In this document: in pieces, positions 30,110-40,217 of the stretch
Position numbering within the stretch: the stretch's first letter is position 1
Layout: each line of letters starts with the position of its first letter
Source of the DNA: Alphaproteobacteria bacterium
GTDB lineage: Bacteria; Pseudomonadota; Alphaproteobacteria; UBA8366; Aestuariispiraceae
Direction of reading: 5' to 3'
Assembly (NCBI GenBank): GCA_006844765.1
Contig: SPJV01000098.1
Coordinates: 26,656 to 90,655, forward strand
DNA: 64,000 nt
Program-made: the position numbers and the translations under genes
The notes under the pieces: generated by a model
Databases searched by the model: none
The model's input: the letters and a program-made list of their open reading frames with translations, nothing else
What the model was told of the DNA's origin: nothing

Positions 30110-31141
30110 GTGGCAACCGTTGTCGAATTGAAGCCTTCCGGCGGCAAGCCGCGCGGTCGTGTAAAATCGCCGTTGGATACACTGTTGGAACTCGTCTCTG
30201 CTGACCTTGGCAGGGTCAATCAGCATATCCTGGATAACATGCAGAGCCCTGTGGTTCTGATCCCGCAATTGGCGGGCCATTTGATCGCATCCGGCGGTAA
30301 GCGGATGCGTCCGATGTTGACCCTCGCGGCCTCCAAAATGTGTGGCTATGAAGGCTCCCGCCATATCGGCCTTGCGGCCTGTGTTGAGTTCATCCACACC
30401 GCAACTCTGCTGCATGATGATGTCGTCGATGCCAGTGATCTGCGCCGGGGACAGGAAAGCGCGAACGCGATCTGGGGGAATGAAGCCTCGGTCCTCGTCG
30501 GCGATTTTCTCTTCTCCCGCGCGTTTCAACTGATGACATCGGATGGTGAGGTGAAGGTCTTGCGCATCCTTTCCGATGCATCCGCCGTGATCGCGGAAGG
30601 GGAAGTTCTGCAACTGACTACCGCCAATGATCCGCGCACCACAGAAGAAGCCTATCTGGAGGTTATTCGCTCCAAGACGGCAGCGCTGTTTGCGGCGGCT
30701 ACCCGGATCGGGGCCGTGGTTGCCAAACGCCCTGATGCGGAAGAAGAAGCGTTGGAGAGCTACGGCACCAATCTCGGCGTGGCGTTCCAGCTGATTGATG
30801 ATGTTCTTGATTATTCAGCGGATCAGAAGGCTTTGGGCAAGACGGTCGGTGATGACTTCCGGGAAGGAAAAGTCACCCTGCCGATCCTCCTCGCCTGGCG
30901 TCGGGGCGATCAGGAAGAACGTGAATTCTGGTCCCGCACTATCGAACATTCCGAACAAGAAGATGATGATTTGGACAAGGCCATGGCCTTGATGGCGAAG
31001 CACAATACCTTGGCGGATACAGTCGACCGCGCCCGCCACTACGGCGCCATCGCCCGCGACGCCCTCGGCATCTTCCCCAACAGCGATGTCAAAACCGCGA
31101 TGGTCGACCTCGTCGATTTCGTGATCGAGCGGGCGTATTGA
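30110..31141 (+). CDS. ispB: Polyprenyl (octaprenyl) diphosphate synthase
   Basis: Both Asp-rich motifs are present: LLHDDVVDASDLRRG and FQLIDDVLDY. Confidence 0.9.
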   Translation: MATVVELKPSGGKPRGRVKSPLDTLLELVSADLGRVNQHILDNMQSPVVLIPQLAGHLIASGGKRMRPMLTLAASKMCGYEGSRHIGLAACVEFIHTATLLHDDVVDASDLRRGQESANAIWGNEASVLVGDFLFSRAFQLMTSDGEVKVLRILSDASAVIAEGEVLQLTTANDPRTTEEAYLEVIRSKTAALFAAATRIGAVVAKRPDAEEEALESYGTNLGVAFQLIDDVLDYSADQKALGKTVGDDFREGKVTLPILLAWRRGDQEEREFWSRTIEHSEQEDDDLDKAMALMAKHNTLADTVDRARHYGAIARDALGIFPNSDVKTAMVDLVDFVIERAY

Positions 31142-31191
31142 GGCTTTAGAGGCGCGTTGATCAGGAACGTGCAGAAGCACCCTAGCGGCTG

Positions 31192-31827
31192 TTAAAGCAC
31201 GTCCAGGACTTCGTTGTCGCGGCGGTTCCAGTGGAAATCGGCTTCGTGGGAAATCGCTTCGGCCAGCAGGATGCGGTAGTCCTGGCGGGGGATTTCGATG
31301 GCGCCGAATTTTTCCAGATGCTTGGTCACGAACTGTGTGTCCAGTAGTTTGAAATTCGCTGCCATCAGGCGGGCGGCCAGATGGACGAGGGCGACCTTAC
31401 TGGCGTCACGGGCGCGGCTGAACATGCTCTCCCCGAAATAGGTGGCCCCCAAAGTGACCCCATAAAGCCCACCGACCAGCTTGTCGCCTTCCCAGACCTC
31501 AACCGAATGACCGTGGCCCATGCGATGCAGCGAGGTGTAGAGCGTCAGAATCTTATCGTTGATCCAGGTGCGCGGCCGGCGCTCAGTCGATTCCGCACAG
31601 CCATCCATCACACCTTCGAAACAGGCATCGAAGGTAACCCGGTACTTATTTGACCGGATGGTTCGCGCCAGACGTTTCGGAACGTGGAATTGCTTGAAGG
31701 GCAGGATGCCGCGCATACGCGGATCAATCCAGAACAGGTCCGGGTCGTCGCGATCTTCCGCCATTGGGAAGACCCCGATAGCATAGGCGCGGAGTAACAT
31801 ATCCGGTGTTAAATCAAGGGGTTCCAT
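31192..31827 (-). CDS. aat: Leucyl/phenylalanyl-tRNA--protein transferase
   Basis: Conserved segments are [24 protein letters not shown] and GESMFS. The start was chosen at [10 protein letters not shown]. Confidence 0.9.
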   Translation of the reverse strand: MEPLDLTPDMLLRAYAIGVFPMAEDRDDPDLFWIDPRMRGILPFKQFHVPKRLARTIRSNKYRVTFDACFEGVMDGCAESTERRPRTWINDKILTLYTSLHRMGHGHSVEVWEGDKLVGGLYGVTLGATYFGESMFSRARDASKVALVHLAARLMAANFKLLDTQFVTKHLEKFGAIEIPRQDYRILLAEAISHEADFHWNRRDNEVLDVL

Positions 31828-31986
31828 ATAAGAACACAGCCTTTCCGATGGGTTGCTTCTGCCTCTCGAAAGAAAGCTTAGCAAGCCTCGTGCCGTCTGT
31901 CGCCCTAAACCGGTTCGGCGTGTGATTTTCTACAAATACATCGTGAATATGGGGGGTATTCGATCCTGGAGCGGGTCTAAGCCGCG

Positions 31987-33330
31987 TTAGCTCTTAAGAC
32001 CCATCCATTTTTCCAGCCAGTGGATGTCATAATTGCCATCGATAAAGGGCGGCTGTGCGATGATCTTCTGATGAAGCGGAATGGTGGTTTCGATGCCGCC
32101 GATCACATATTCATCAAGCGCGCGCTTCAGGCGCATCATGCATTCATTTCGGGTCGCCCCATAAACGATCAGCTTTGAGACAAGGCTGTCGTAATAGGGC
32201 GGAACCTTGTAGCCCGAATAGAGCTGTGAATCGACACGCACACCCATGCCGCCGGGGGCATGATAGTCGGTGATCCGCCCCGGTGTCGGCATAAAGGTCT
32301 CCGGGTTCTCTGCCGTCACACGGCATTCAATCGCATGTCCCGCCGGCTGGATGTCGTCTTGCGTCAGGTGCAAGGGAATTCCGGCGGCGACCTTGATCTG
32401 TTCGCGCACCAGATCGACATTGCAGATCATTTCCGAAATCGGGTGCTCAACTTGCAGGCGGGTATTCATTTCAATGAAGAAGAATTCGCCATCCTCATAG
32501 AGGAACTCGATGGTGCCCGCCCCGCGATAGCGCATTTTCTTCATCGCGGCGGTGACGGTCTCTCCAATCCGGGCGCGCTGTTCGGCATTCAGCGCGGGGG
32601 AGGGGGCCTCTTCGATCACTTTCTGGTGGCGGCGCTGAATGGAACAATCGCGCTCTCCCAGATGGATACAGTTGCCTTGCCCATCACCCAGAAGCTGGAT
32701 TTCGATGTGGCGCGGTTTGCCGAGATAGCGTTCGATGTAAACGGCATCATCCCCGAAAGCGGCCTTGGCCTCGGTGCGGCAGATGGCCAGCGCTTCTTCC
32801 ACTTCGTCCAGGGAATAGGCAACTTTCATCCCGCGACCACCGCCGCCAGAGGCCGCCTTGATGATCAGGGGGAAGCCGATTTCCTTTGCGATCGCGAGTG
32901 CTTCGGCATCGGTTTCAACGCCACCATCACTGCCAGGCACAACCGGGATACCCAGATCCTTTGCGGCTTCCTTGGCGCGAATCTTATCACCCATCAGGCT
33001 GATATGTTCCGGCGTCGGGCCGATGAAGGCGATGTCGTGTTCTTCCACCATCTGGGCGAAACGCGCATTTTCAGACAAGAAGCCAACGCCCGGATGGATC
33101 GCATCCGCGCCGGTCAGAGTTGCCGCTGTCAGGATCGCCGGGATGTTCAGGTAACTGTCTTTCGGCGGCGGCGGACCAATGCAAACGGTCTCATCCGCCA
33201 GTCTGGCATGCATGGCATCCGCGTCAGCCGTTGAATGTACAGCGACCGTCTGGATACCCATTTCCTTACACGCGCGGTGGATCCGCAACGCGATCTCACC
33301 CCGATTGGCAATAAGGACTTTTTCAAACAT
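31987..33330 (-). CDS. accC: Acetyl-CoA carboxylase, biotin carboxylase subunit
   Basis: The N-terminus is MFEKVLIANRGEIALRI. An ATP-grasp domain and EMNTRLQVEH follow. Confidence 0.95.
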   Translation of the reverse strand: MFEKVLIANRGEIALRIHRACKEMGIQTVAVHSTADADAMHARLADETVCIGPPPPKDSYLNIPAILTAATLTGADAIHPGVGFLSENARFAQMVEEHDIAFIGPTPEHISLMGDKIRAKEAAKDLGIPVVPGSDGGVETDAEALAIAKEIGFPLIIKAASGGGGRGMKVAYSLDEVEEALAICRTEAKAAFGDDAVYIERYLGKPRHIEIQLLGDGQGNCIHLGERDCSIQRRHQKVIEEAPSPALNAEQRARIGETVTAAMKKMRYRGAGTIEFLYEDGEFFFIEMNTRLQVEHPISEMICNVDLVREQIKVAAGIPLHLTQDDIQPAGHAIECRVTAENPETFMPTPGRITDYHAPGGMGVRVDSQLYSGYKVPPYYDSLVSKLIVYGATRNECMMRLKRALDEYVIGGIETTIPLHQKIIAQPPFIDGNYDIHWLEKWMGLKS

Positions 33331-33376
33331 TGGCCGGCGCGCCCTTCCGTCCTGAAGTGGGATTAAAGGGAGAGGA

Positions 33377-33817
33377 TCAGTCAATCACAACCAACGGCTC
33401 ACCGAATTCAACCGGCTGGCCATCCGTGACCATGATCATTTTGACCGTGCCCGCGCGCGGCGCAGGGATCGGGTTCATGACCTTCATGGCTTCGATGATC
33501 AGCAGGGTCTGGCCTTCGGCGACGGTATCACCGGCCTTGAGGAAGGCTGGTGCGCCTGGTTGCGGTGAAAGATAGACAGTGCCGACCATCGGTGATTCAA
33601 CAGCACCTTCCGGGACCGCGCCACCAACCGGTGCTGCAGGTGCCGCCGCCGCCGTGGCGACTGGGGCAGGCGCTGCTACCGCGACCGGGGCTGCGACAGC
33701 CCTCGCAAGACGGATGGAGCGATCATCATCTTCCAGCTCAAGCTCGGCCAGATCCTTCTCCGCCATCAAATCGGCCAGTTCAGCGATCAGATCTTTGTCG
33801 AAGATCGATTTACCCAT
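33377..33817 (-). CDS. accB: Acetyl-CoA carboxylase biotin carboxyl carrier protein
   Basis: An Ala/Pro-rich linker is followed by the biotinylation motif IEAMKVMN. Confidence 0.9.
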   Translation of the reverse strand: MGKSIFDKDLIAELADLMAEKDLAELELEDDDRSIRLARAVAAPVAVAAPAPVATAAAAPAAPVGGAVPEGAVESPMVGTVYLSPQPGAPAFLKAGDTVAEGQTLLIIEAMKVMNPIPAPRAGTVKMIMVTDGQPVEFGEPLVVID

Positions 33818-33974
33818 GCCATCGTACCTTTCCGAATGCCATTTCAAATGCTTTTCGAATGTTTTACCAAGCGCCTAGTCGCCGACCGTTCCGGTCGCGC
33901 CAGCAATCGGCGTCTGGGCCATTGTTTGCCGCGAAATGACCGGGGCCACAAGCCCGTCTTTGCCGCCAAGCTCT

Positions 33975-34415
33975 CTAATCGAGGATTTCTGCCATGGCCT
34001 CCAGCGCCAATCGATAGCCTGTCGGTCCCAACCCGACAATCACACCAACCGCGATATCAGAGATATAGGAGTTATGGCGAAAAGCTTCGCGCGCATGAAT
34101 GTTGGAGATATGAACCTCGATCACCGGTTTCTCGCTGGCGATCAAGGCATCGCGCAGAGAGACTGACGTGTGGGTCAATCCGCCGGCATTGATGATGATA
34201 CCTGCGTGGTTCTCCCGGGCTTCCTGACACCAGTCGATCAGGGTGCCTTCATGGTTGGACTGCCGGAAATCCACCTCCAGACCAAGGCGGTTGCCATTGT
34301 CCTGGCTCTGCGCTTTCACATCGTCCAGGCTGGTTGCGCCATAAATTGCAGGTTCCCGCTTCCCCAGCATATTGAGGTTCGGGCCGTTGAGGATAAGGAT
34401 GCGGTGTTCAGCCAT
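33975..34415 (-). CDS. aroQ: Type II 3-dehydroquinate dehydratase
   Basis: Conserved segments are ILILNGPNLNMLGKREPAIYG and VEVHISNIHAREAFRH. Confidence 0.95.
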   Translation of the reverse strand: MAEHRILILNGPNLNMLGKREPAIYGATSLDDVKAQSQDNGNRLGLEVDFRQSNHEGTLIDWCQEARENHAGIIINAGGLTHTSVSLRDALIASEKPVIEVHISNIHAREAFRHNSYISDIAVGVIVGLGPTGYRLALEAMAEILD

Positions 34416-34495
34416 TGGCTCAGTCCGTTACATGGATGTCAGAAGGGCGCGCACTATACCAGCGCGCGAAGACCCCGCAAGATGAGGAGAGTACC

Positions 34496-35425
34496 ATGCC
34501 GTCAACACAGAATAGCGGACAGATCGTTGGGCTGCTAGGCACCGGCTTCATGGGGCTCGGCATGGGGGCACGGTTGTTGAAGGCGGGGTTCACCCTTCAT
34601 GTAACCGCTCATCGACGGCGTGAGAATGTGGAGGCGCTTTGTGCCCTGGGTGCGGTGGAGGCCGTGGATTCCGAAACTGTAGCCGCTGAGGCGGATACAT
34701 TGCTGCTTTGCCTGCCGGATGCGGAAACGGTTGAGGGGACAGTCGAGACGGTCTTACCGCGACTGAAAAAGGGCGCCCTTATCATCGATTGCTCGACCAC
34801 CGCGCCGGCAGTCTCCCGCCGCATCGCTGAGAAACTGGACGCTGCCGGAATCTTCTTCGTTGAGGCCCCCCTGACCGGCGGTGCGCAACAGGCGGCAGAC
34901 GGTGTCTGTGGCACGTTGGTTGGCGGGTCCGATGAGGCTGTAAGCCTCGCGTGCCCGATTCTGGAAAGTTTCTGTGTGTCTATTGAGCATTTCGGGGACA
35001 TTGGGGCCGGACAGGCGGCGAAGCTGCTGAATAACTACATGGTCATCGGGATTATCTCTCTGGTAACCGAGACCTTTGATAAGGCACGCGCGGCCGGTGT
35101 CGATTGGGAGAAACTGTTTGAAGTCGCCCGTCGCGGGTCCGGTGATAATGGCGTGATGCATCGGTTCTTCCCGAAAGCATTCTCAGATGATTACTCCGGT
35201 TATCTTTTTGCGGTGGCCGCCGCCCGGAAGGATTTGAGCTACTTCACCGATTGGGCAAAAGAAGTCGGCGGCGCGTCCCCCCTGGCGGAGGAGGTCCTGC
35301 GTAGCTTCGAAGCGCATGTAGCGGAGGGGCGGGGAGGCCTGAAGGTCAGTGAGCTTCTGGCACCGGAAAACAGCATCGCCCGAGCCCTAACCCAAAATGA
35401 TGATCGACGTTCCGATAACGGATAA
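34496..35425 (+). CDS. NAD(P)-dependent beta-hydroxyacid dehydrogenase (3-hydroxyisobutyrate / 6-phosphogluconate dehydrogenase family)
   Basis: The Rossmann motif is VGLLGTGFMGLGMGARL. The mid-protein motif is GAGQAAKLLNN. The start was chosen at MPSTQN. Confidence 0.8.
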   Translation: MPSTQNSGQIVGLLGTGFMGLGMGARLLKAGFTLHVTAHRRRENVEALCALGAVEAVDSETVAAEADTLLLCLPDAETVEGTVETVLPRLKKGALIIDCSTTAPAVSRRIAEKLDAAGIFFVEAPLTGGAQQAADGVCGTLVGGSDEAVSLACPILESFCVSIEHFGDIGAGQAAKLLNNYMVIGIISLVTETFDKARAAGVDWEKLFEVARRGSGDNGVMHRFFPKAFSDDYSGYLFAVAAARKDLSYFTDWAKEVGGASPLAEEVLRSFEAHVAEGRGGLKVSELLAPENSIARALTQNDDRRSDNG

Positions 35426-36277
35426 CACGCCGCCTGCAAGTGCGTGTTTGCTTGGTGGGCGTCGTTCCTTAATCCAAAGGATTGGAAGAACGAGCACCGG
35501 GGAAAGAGACCCAAGCAAGGCCGCTAATCCGGCATCGAAATTCGCAAAGGCATAGAGCAATATGGAAGACGAGACGCCATACCCAATAAAGCCGGGAAGG
35601 ATCGTTCGACTGATAAGGCCTGGTGTTGGTTCGACTGGGGCGCGGAATATCTTTGCTGGCCAGAGTGCGATTACGGAAATCAGGAACGCAGCACCGAGTA
35701 GTCGCACTGCAGAGATCGCAATGGGCTCTGTGCCCATTTGCATGGCGGGTTTCATAATCAGAAATCCCAATCCCTGGAACGTGGTTGCCAGTATGCCCAA
35801 GATCGGAATCCAGGCGGGATGACCGATGGTTTCATCCGTCCTCCAGCGCCGCGTGTCGCCAAATTGTGTCGCGATGACGATGCCGCACAGGACAACGCCA
35901 CCGCCGATCAGATGTGGCGGCGAAAGGGTCTCGCCCAACCAGAAATAGGCCATGAGGGCGATGATCGGGGCTTTCAGGGAAAGAAGTAATTCGGTCCGTC
36001 TCGGCCCGCCGCGTCGCAAACACTCGATCATGGCGAGATTGCCGAGAATGATTCCGAAGCCGATGCTCACCCCATAGGCGGCCCAGTGAGATGCTATGAT
36101 TGTCGGCCAATAGCCGAGTAGAGAGCAGATTGCAGCCATGATTGCAGCGCAGGCGATCAATTGGACGCGCGTGAATTCGAACGCGCCGAGGGTACGTGCG
36201 GGTCCTTGTGCCAAAACAATGCCGACCGCCCAACCTACCGACGCCAGAATTGCCGCGCTTGCGGGAATGAAAAACAT
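35387..36277 (-). CDS. DMT/EamA-family transporter
   Basis: The protein is polytopic and hydrophobic. The start was chosen at MFFIPASAAIL. The longer ORF extends through the divergent promoter region. Confidence 0.75.
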   Translation of the reverse strand: MFFIPASAAILASVGWAVGIVLAQGPARTLGAFEFTRVQLIACAAIMAAICSLLGYWPTIIASHWAAYGVSIGFGIILGNLAMIECLRRGGPRRTELLLSLKAPIIALMAYFWLGETLSPPHLIGGGVVLCGIVIATQFGDTRRWRTDETIGHPAWIPILGILATTFQGLGFLIMKPAMQMGTEPIAISAVRLLGAAFLISVIALWPAKIFRAPVEPTPGLISRTILPGFIGYGVSSSILLYAFANFDAGLAALLGSLSPVLVLPILWIKERRPPSKHALAGGVLSVIGTSIIILG

Positions 36278-36295
36278 GACAGGTCTCCCAAGTGT

Positions 36296-36336
36296 GCTAC
36301 ATAATAGGTAGCGATAAACGCTACATAATGAGTAGC
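36296..36336. promoter_or_regulatory. Two copies of a 17-bp palindromic site (GCTACATAAT-RR-GTAGC), a candidate HxlR operator in the divergent promoter
   Basis: The sites are gctacataataggtagc (36296-36312) and gctacataatgagtagc (36320-36336). They are 24 nt apart, centre to centre, between the DMT and HxlR genes. Confidence 0.45.
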
Positions 36337-36402
36337 GATGTAGAATGTCAATGGAAGTGTTTTGGGGAAGTGTTTTGGGAGTGTATCTATGAGTGCCCGC
36401 CA

Positions 36403-36729
36403 ATGCCGACGATAACGCCGAAACCGGGACAGCCGGTCCGTGGCTCGAAGACCGGTAAGCCTATTATGGCTTTGTTTGACCTCATGGGGAGAAGCTGGGC
36501 CCTGGGGATTGTCTGGCAGCTGGCTGACGGGCCGCTGACCTTCCGAGGTCTTCAAGCTGCGTGTGAGGGCGTATCGCCAACCGTCCTTAACCGACGCCTT
36601 AAAGAGCTGCGAGAAAGCGACCTCGTAGAACGCGGGGACGACGGCTATGCACTGACGGGTTGGGGACGGGAATTGCTGGGCTTGTTGAAGCCGCTTGGCA
36701 AATGGTCGGGCCAATGGGCTAAACGGTGA
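36403..36729 (+). CDS. HxlR-family winged-helix transcriptional regulator
   Basis: GRSWALGIVWQLADGPLTFRGLQAACEGVSPTVLNRRLKELRESDLVER is a typical HxlR core. Confidence 0.8.
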   Translation: MPTITPKPGQPVRGSKTGKPIMALFDLMGRSWALGIVWQLADGPLTFRGLQAACEGVSPTVLNRRLKELRESDLVERGDDGYALTGWGRELLGLLKPLGKWSGQWAKR

Positions 36730-36929
36730 GCGGTCCCGGACCGGTTCCGTTTCACGGGGCCTGCTCCCTCTAAACCGCAAACGCGGCATTCCATCAGCGT
36801 TGTGGGAGGGGGCGGGAGACACGTGCCCAGGCTCCAGAAGGGCAGAGCGTCTCCCGCCTCCACTCCCAGCCGCCCGGCCTCCGATAGGGGATGACGGGGG
36901 GAGGCGGGGCGGGGGGACTGAAAAATCTG

Positions 36930-37451
36930 TTACGCGGCGGCCTTTTCCAGATAGGCAAGGACTGTGTCGACATCGCTGACTTCAAACGGGTCGCCGGGCT
37001 TTTCCGGCTCGACGAACATCTCTTCGATCACGCCGTCATTCACCACCATCGCATAGCGCCAGGAGCGAACACCAAAACCCAGGTCGCGCTTTTCTACCGC
37101 CAGACCCATGCCCTTGGAGAAATCGGCATTACCGTCCGGGATGACCGCCAGTTCTTCGGTGACAAACTGATCTTTTGCCCAGGCATTCATGACGAAGCTG
37201 TCATTGACGGACAGGCAGTAGATCGCGTCCACGCCCTTTGCCTTAACCTCTGCCGACTTCATTTGATAGCCGGGCAGATGGGTCGAAGAACAGGTCGGGG
37301 TGAAAGCGCCGGGCAGCGCGAATAATACGACGCGCTTACCGCCGAAAAGGTCATCCGTGGTCACGGTTTTCCAGTCCCCATCCTGGCGGGTTTGGAAGCT
37401 GGCGGAAGGGACTTTATCCCCGGCGTGCTTACGATCCGGAAACTGCGACAT
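36930..37451 (-). CDS. Peroxiredoxin, Prx5/type-D subfamily
   Basis: VVLFALPGAFTPTCSSTHLPGY contains the peroxidatic Cys in the Prx5-type context. Confidence 0.9.
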   Translation of the reverse strand: MSQFPDRKHAGDKVPSASFQTRQDGDWKTVTTDDLFGGKRVVLFALPGAFTPTCSSTHLPGYQMKSAEVKAKGVDAIYCLSVNDSFVMNAWAKDQFVTEELAVIPDGNADFSKGMGLAVEKRDLGFGVRSWRYAMVVNDGVIEEMFVEPEKPGDPFEVSDVDTVLAYLEKAAA

Positions 37452-37784
37452 TGTACTGGCTCCTGTAGGCTGTTTTCGAGTGCGGCTGAATATGTGGTTG
37501 CGAATTAATTGCAATATAATCAGAGAATTTTCAACGTCAAGCGAATTAGACGCGTTCTAAACGAAATTTTTCATACAAAGTTTTTGAAACGCCGTTTCCG
37601 GGTCGGTAGCGCACCGTTTCAGGCATCAAGGCGGGCTCTGCCGCTGAGCAGTAGAACGGCAGATTTACGGGATTAGAGGTGTTTTGGGCACAGGGCACCT
37701 GAACCTTAGACTCGGTACCTTAATGTCGGCCCCTTCAAGACACCTATTGCAGCAATGGTTTAAACCATCTGACCAATTGTCCAA

Positions 37785-39854
37785 CTAATCGGCCAGTGCC
37801 GCGACCTCTCTGCGGAATGAGGGGGCGTCGGTGTTGTTGGGGGTGTCCAGTTCGCGCGCATAGCGATGACCGGCATAAGTGGCCCAGGCGATGGGGCCGG
37901 GGGCTTGGGCGTCACCGATGACTTTGATGGATTTGATACCGGCGCCATCCCACTCTGACTGTCGCGCCTTCAACCCCTGCCACAGGCTGTCATCCTGTTG
38001 CCGGCTGGTGACCAGCACCACGGCATCTGCGGAGAGGTTGCGCTGTTGCCCTGAATAGACGCAGGCTGTTGTGACCGCATCCGGGCCAATGGCTTCGACG
38101 CCCCGGTTCAGTTCTATGCTGACACCCAGTTCCGCGAGGCGGCTATGGATTGCCGCCTGCTCCAAAGTGTTGTTGGTCCATTCGGAGACATAGGCCGCCG
38201 GCGTGACCAAAGTGACCTCTGCCCCATTACGGGCCAGACATTCCGCGACGACACCGCCCATATAGTAATGATCATCGTCGAAAAGGACGACGCGCCCGGT
38301 CGGCAGCGTCCCGTCCATGATGTCATCGGGCGTGTAGAGCGGCATTTTGGGATCAATCGGCAGGGGCACGACATGCTGTCGGGCGACCCCATCCCGCCGC
38401 CAGTGTGCCCCGGTTGCGATCACCACATGCTCAAAGCCGAATTCCAGAACCTGATCGGCATCAAGCCTGCTGTTCAGATAGATGTCGACATTTGCGGCCT
38501 GGCTCAATTGATAGCGGCGATAGTCAGCGACGCGCCCCCAGGCGGACAGGCCGGGCAGGCGACATTCCCGGGCGACCCGGCCACCGATATCCTCCCCAGC
38601 CTCGGCAACCGCGACCGTATAGCCGCGCAGGCCAAGGGCGCGGGCGGCTTCCAACCCGGCGGGGCCGGCGCCCACCACCAGCACTGTCTCGCTACCGCCC
38701 TTGGGCGTGATCCGCTCCGGATGCCAGCCCTTCCGCCATTCCTCCATGAAGGTTGGGTTCTGGGTGCAGCGGGAAATCGACATCGTCATGTCCCCGGTGA
38801 TGCACATATTACAGCCGATACATTCCCGGATATCCTCGACCCGGCCTTCTTCCACCTTCTTCGGCAGATAGGGGTCGGCGATGGAGGGGCGGGCGCAGCC
38901 GATGAAGTCGAGCACCCCGGTATTGATCTGTTTCACCATGACATCGGGGGAGGTGAAGCGCCCAACCCCGACAACCGGTTTCGGCGTCAAAGCCTTGATG
39001 CCGGAGACGAGCTCCTGCTGTGCGGCTTCCTCCTTAAAGCGTGACGGGCCGGAGCAATCCTCCCACGCCCCATGCGCCAGATCCCAAATATCCGGCAGAT
39101 CGCCATGCATCTCGATCAGGTCGCGCAGTTCTGCGTTGGAAAAGCCGAGATCCCGGACGGATTCCTCCAAGGACAGCCGCAGGGCGACGGCGCATTGATC
39201 GCCGATCACATCCTTCGCATCCGACACCAATTCCCGCATCAGGCGGGCGCGGTTCTCCAGACTGCCGCCATATTCATCGCTGCGCTGATTCGTGGCGGTG
39301 GAGAGGAAATGCTGGATGACGCCGAAGCCATGGGCCCCATAGAGGCAGACGATATCGAACCCGCATTGCTTCGCCCGCTCAAACGCGATGCGGTGCCAGC
39401 GGCGCAGGTCCCTGATATCCTCCCGATCCATCGCGCGGGCCTGAACCGGATCGTTGGTGAAGGTCCGGATCGGCAGCGCGGTCGGCGCCATCGGGACTTC
39501 TTTCGTATAGAGGTTAGGCCCGTTCACACCGGGATAGGCCAGCTCAATCCCCGCCAGCGCGCCATGCTCATGGATCGCATCAGCCATCCGCGCCAGCATC
39601 GGCAAGTCCTGATCTTCCCAGATGCGCAGTTCGATATAGGGGGTGATCTCAGAGCTATGGTGGATCTCGCATTGTTCGGTGAAGATGACACCCCAACCGC
39701 CTTCTGCCTTAACCCGCCGCATCTCCGCCGCCGCCGAAGGATCGCGATAGCCCCCACCATTGCAATGGGGCACCTGATAGAAGCGGTTCTTCGCCGTCAC
39801 CGGCCCAATGGCCAATGGCTCAAACAAAATATCGTAACGAGCCTCACGCGGCAT
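37785..39854 (-). CDS. Trimethylamine/dimethylamine dehydrogenase-like FMN, 4Fe-4S, ADP-binding flavoprotein
   Basis: YDILFEPLAIGPVTAKNRFYQVPHCNG includes the Cys that forms 6-S-cysteinyl-FMN in TMADH. The Fe-S motif is CIGCNMCITGDMTMSISRCTQNP. A VLVVGAGPAGLEAA motif is also present. Confidence 0.8.
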   Translation of the reverse strand: MPREARYDILFEPLAIGPVTAKNRFYQVPHCNGGGYRDPSAAAEMRRVKAEGGWGVIFTEQCEIHHSSEITPYIELRIWEDQDLPMLARMADAIHEHGALAGIELAYPGVNGPNLYTKEVPMAPTALPIRTFTNDPVQARAMDREDIRDLRRWHRIAFERAKQCGFDIVCLYGAHGFGVIQHFLSTATNQRSDEYGGSLENRARLMRELVSDAKDVIGDQCAVALRLSLEESVRDLGFSNAELRDLIEMHGDLPDIWDLAHGAWEDCSGPSRFKEEAAQQELVSGIKALTPKPVVGVGRFTSPDVMVKQINTGVLDFIGCARPSIADPYLPKKVEEGRVEDIRECIGCNMCITGDMTMSISRCTQNPTFMEEWRKGWHPERITPKGGSETVLVVGAGPAGLEAARALGLRGYTVAVAEAGEDIGGRVARECRLPGLSAWGRVADYRRYQLSQAANVDIYLNSRLDADQVLEFGFEHVVIATGAHWRRDGVARQHVVPLPIDPKMPLYTPDDIMDGTLPTGRVVLFDDDHYYMGGVVAECLARNGAEVTLVTPAAYVSEWTNNTLEQAAIHSRLAELGVSIELNRGVEAIGPDAVTTACVYSGQQRNLSADAVVLVTSRQQDDSLWQGLKARQSEWDGAGIKSIKVIGDAQAPGPIAWATYAGHRYARELDTPNNTDAPSFRREVAALAD

Positions 39855-40217
39855 CGGCCCCTCCCCAAAAAACATCCGAATACAGATCAACAAAGAAGGA
39901 GCTTAACGCCCAGATCCACGCCCCGCACGGCTAAAACGCTGGGTGGGAACGTTGATTCGTGGCCCCTATAGGTCAGGCGGGAGTTTCAAACACTCATAGC
40001 CCCCATACAGCCAGCAAGGTCCAAAAATCTAGGGAGTAATTTCCGATCTAAAGTTATTGGAGGCAGGCCCCCATGGTTCGCACCGCCGATAGGCTATGAC
40101 CTTGACGCATCAACAAATCTTGAAAAATTCAAGTTCTGTGTCTCCGGATGTAGTGCGCAAACTTCGTCGTAATTCGCTGTAGTTGCTCTACAGTTTCATT
40201 CGGTTCGGTCATATCGG

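Noticed and set aside
36729-36930. Very GC-rich spacer with a long inverted repeat (GGGCGGGAGAC ... GTCTCCCGCC) and G-runs between the hxlR and peroxiredoxin genes
   Set aside because: It is most simply a bidirectional terminator or structured spacer between convergent genes. The ORFs overlapping it (36695-36979, 36794-36985) are Pro/Gly/Arg low-complexity artefacts.
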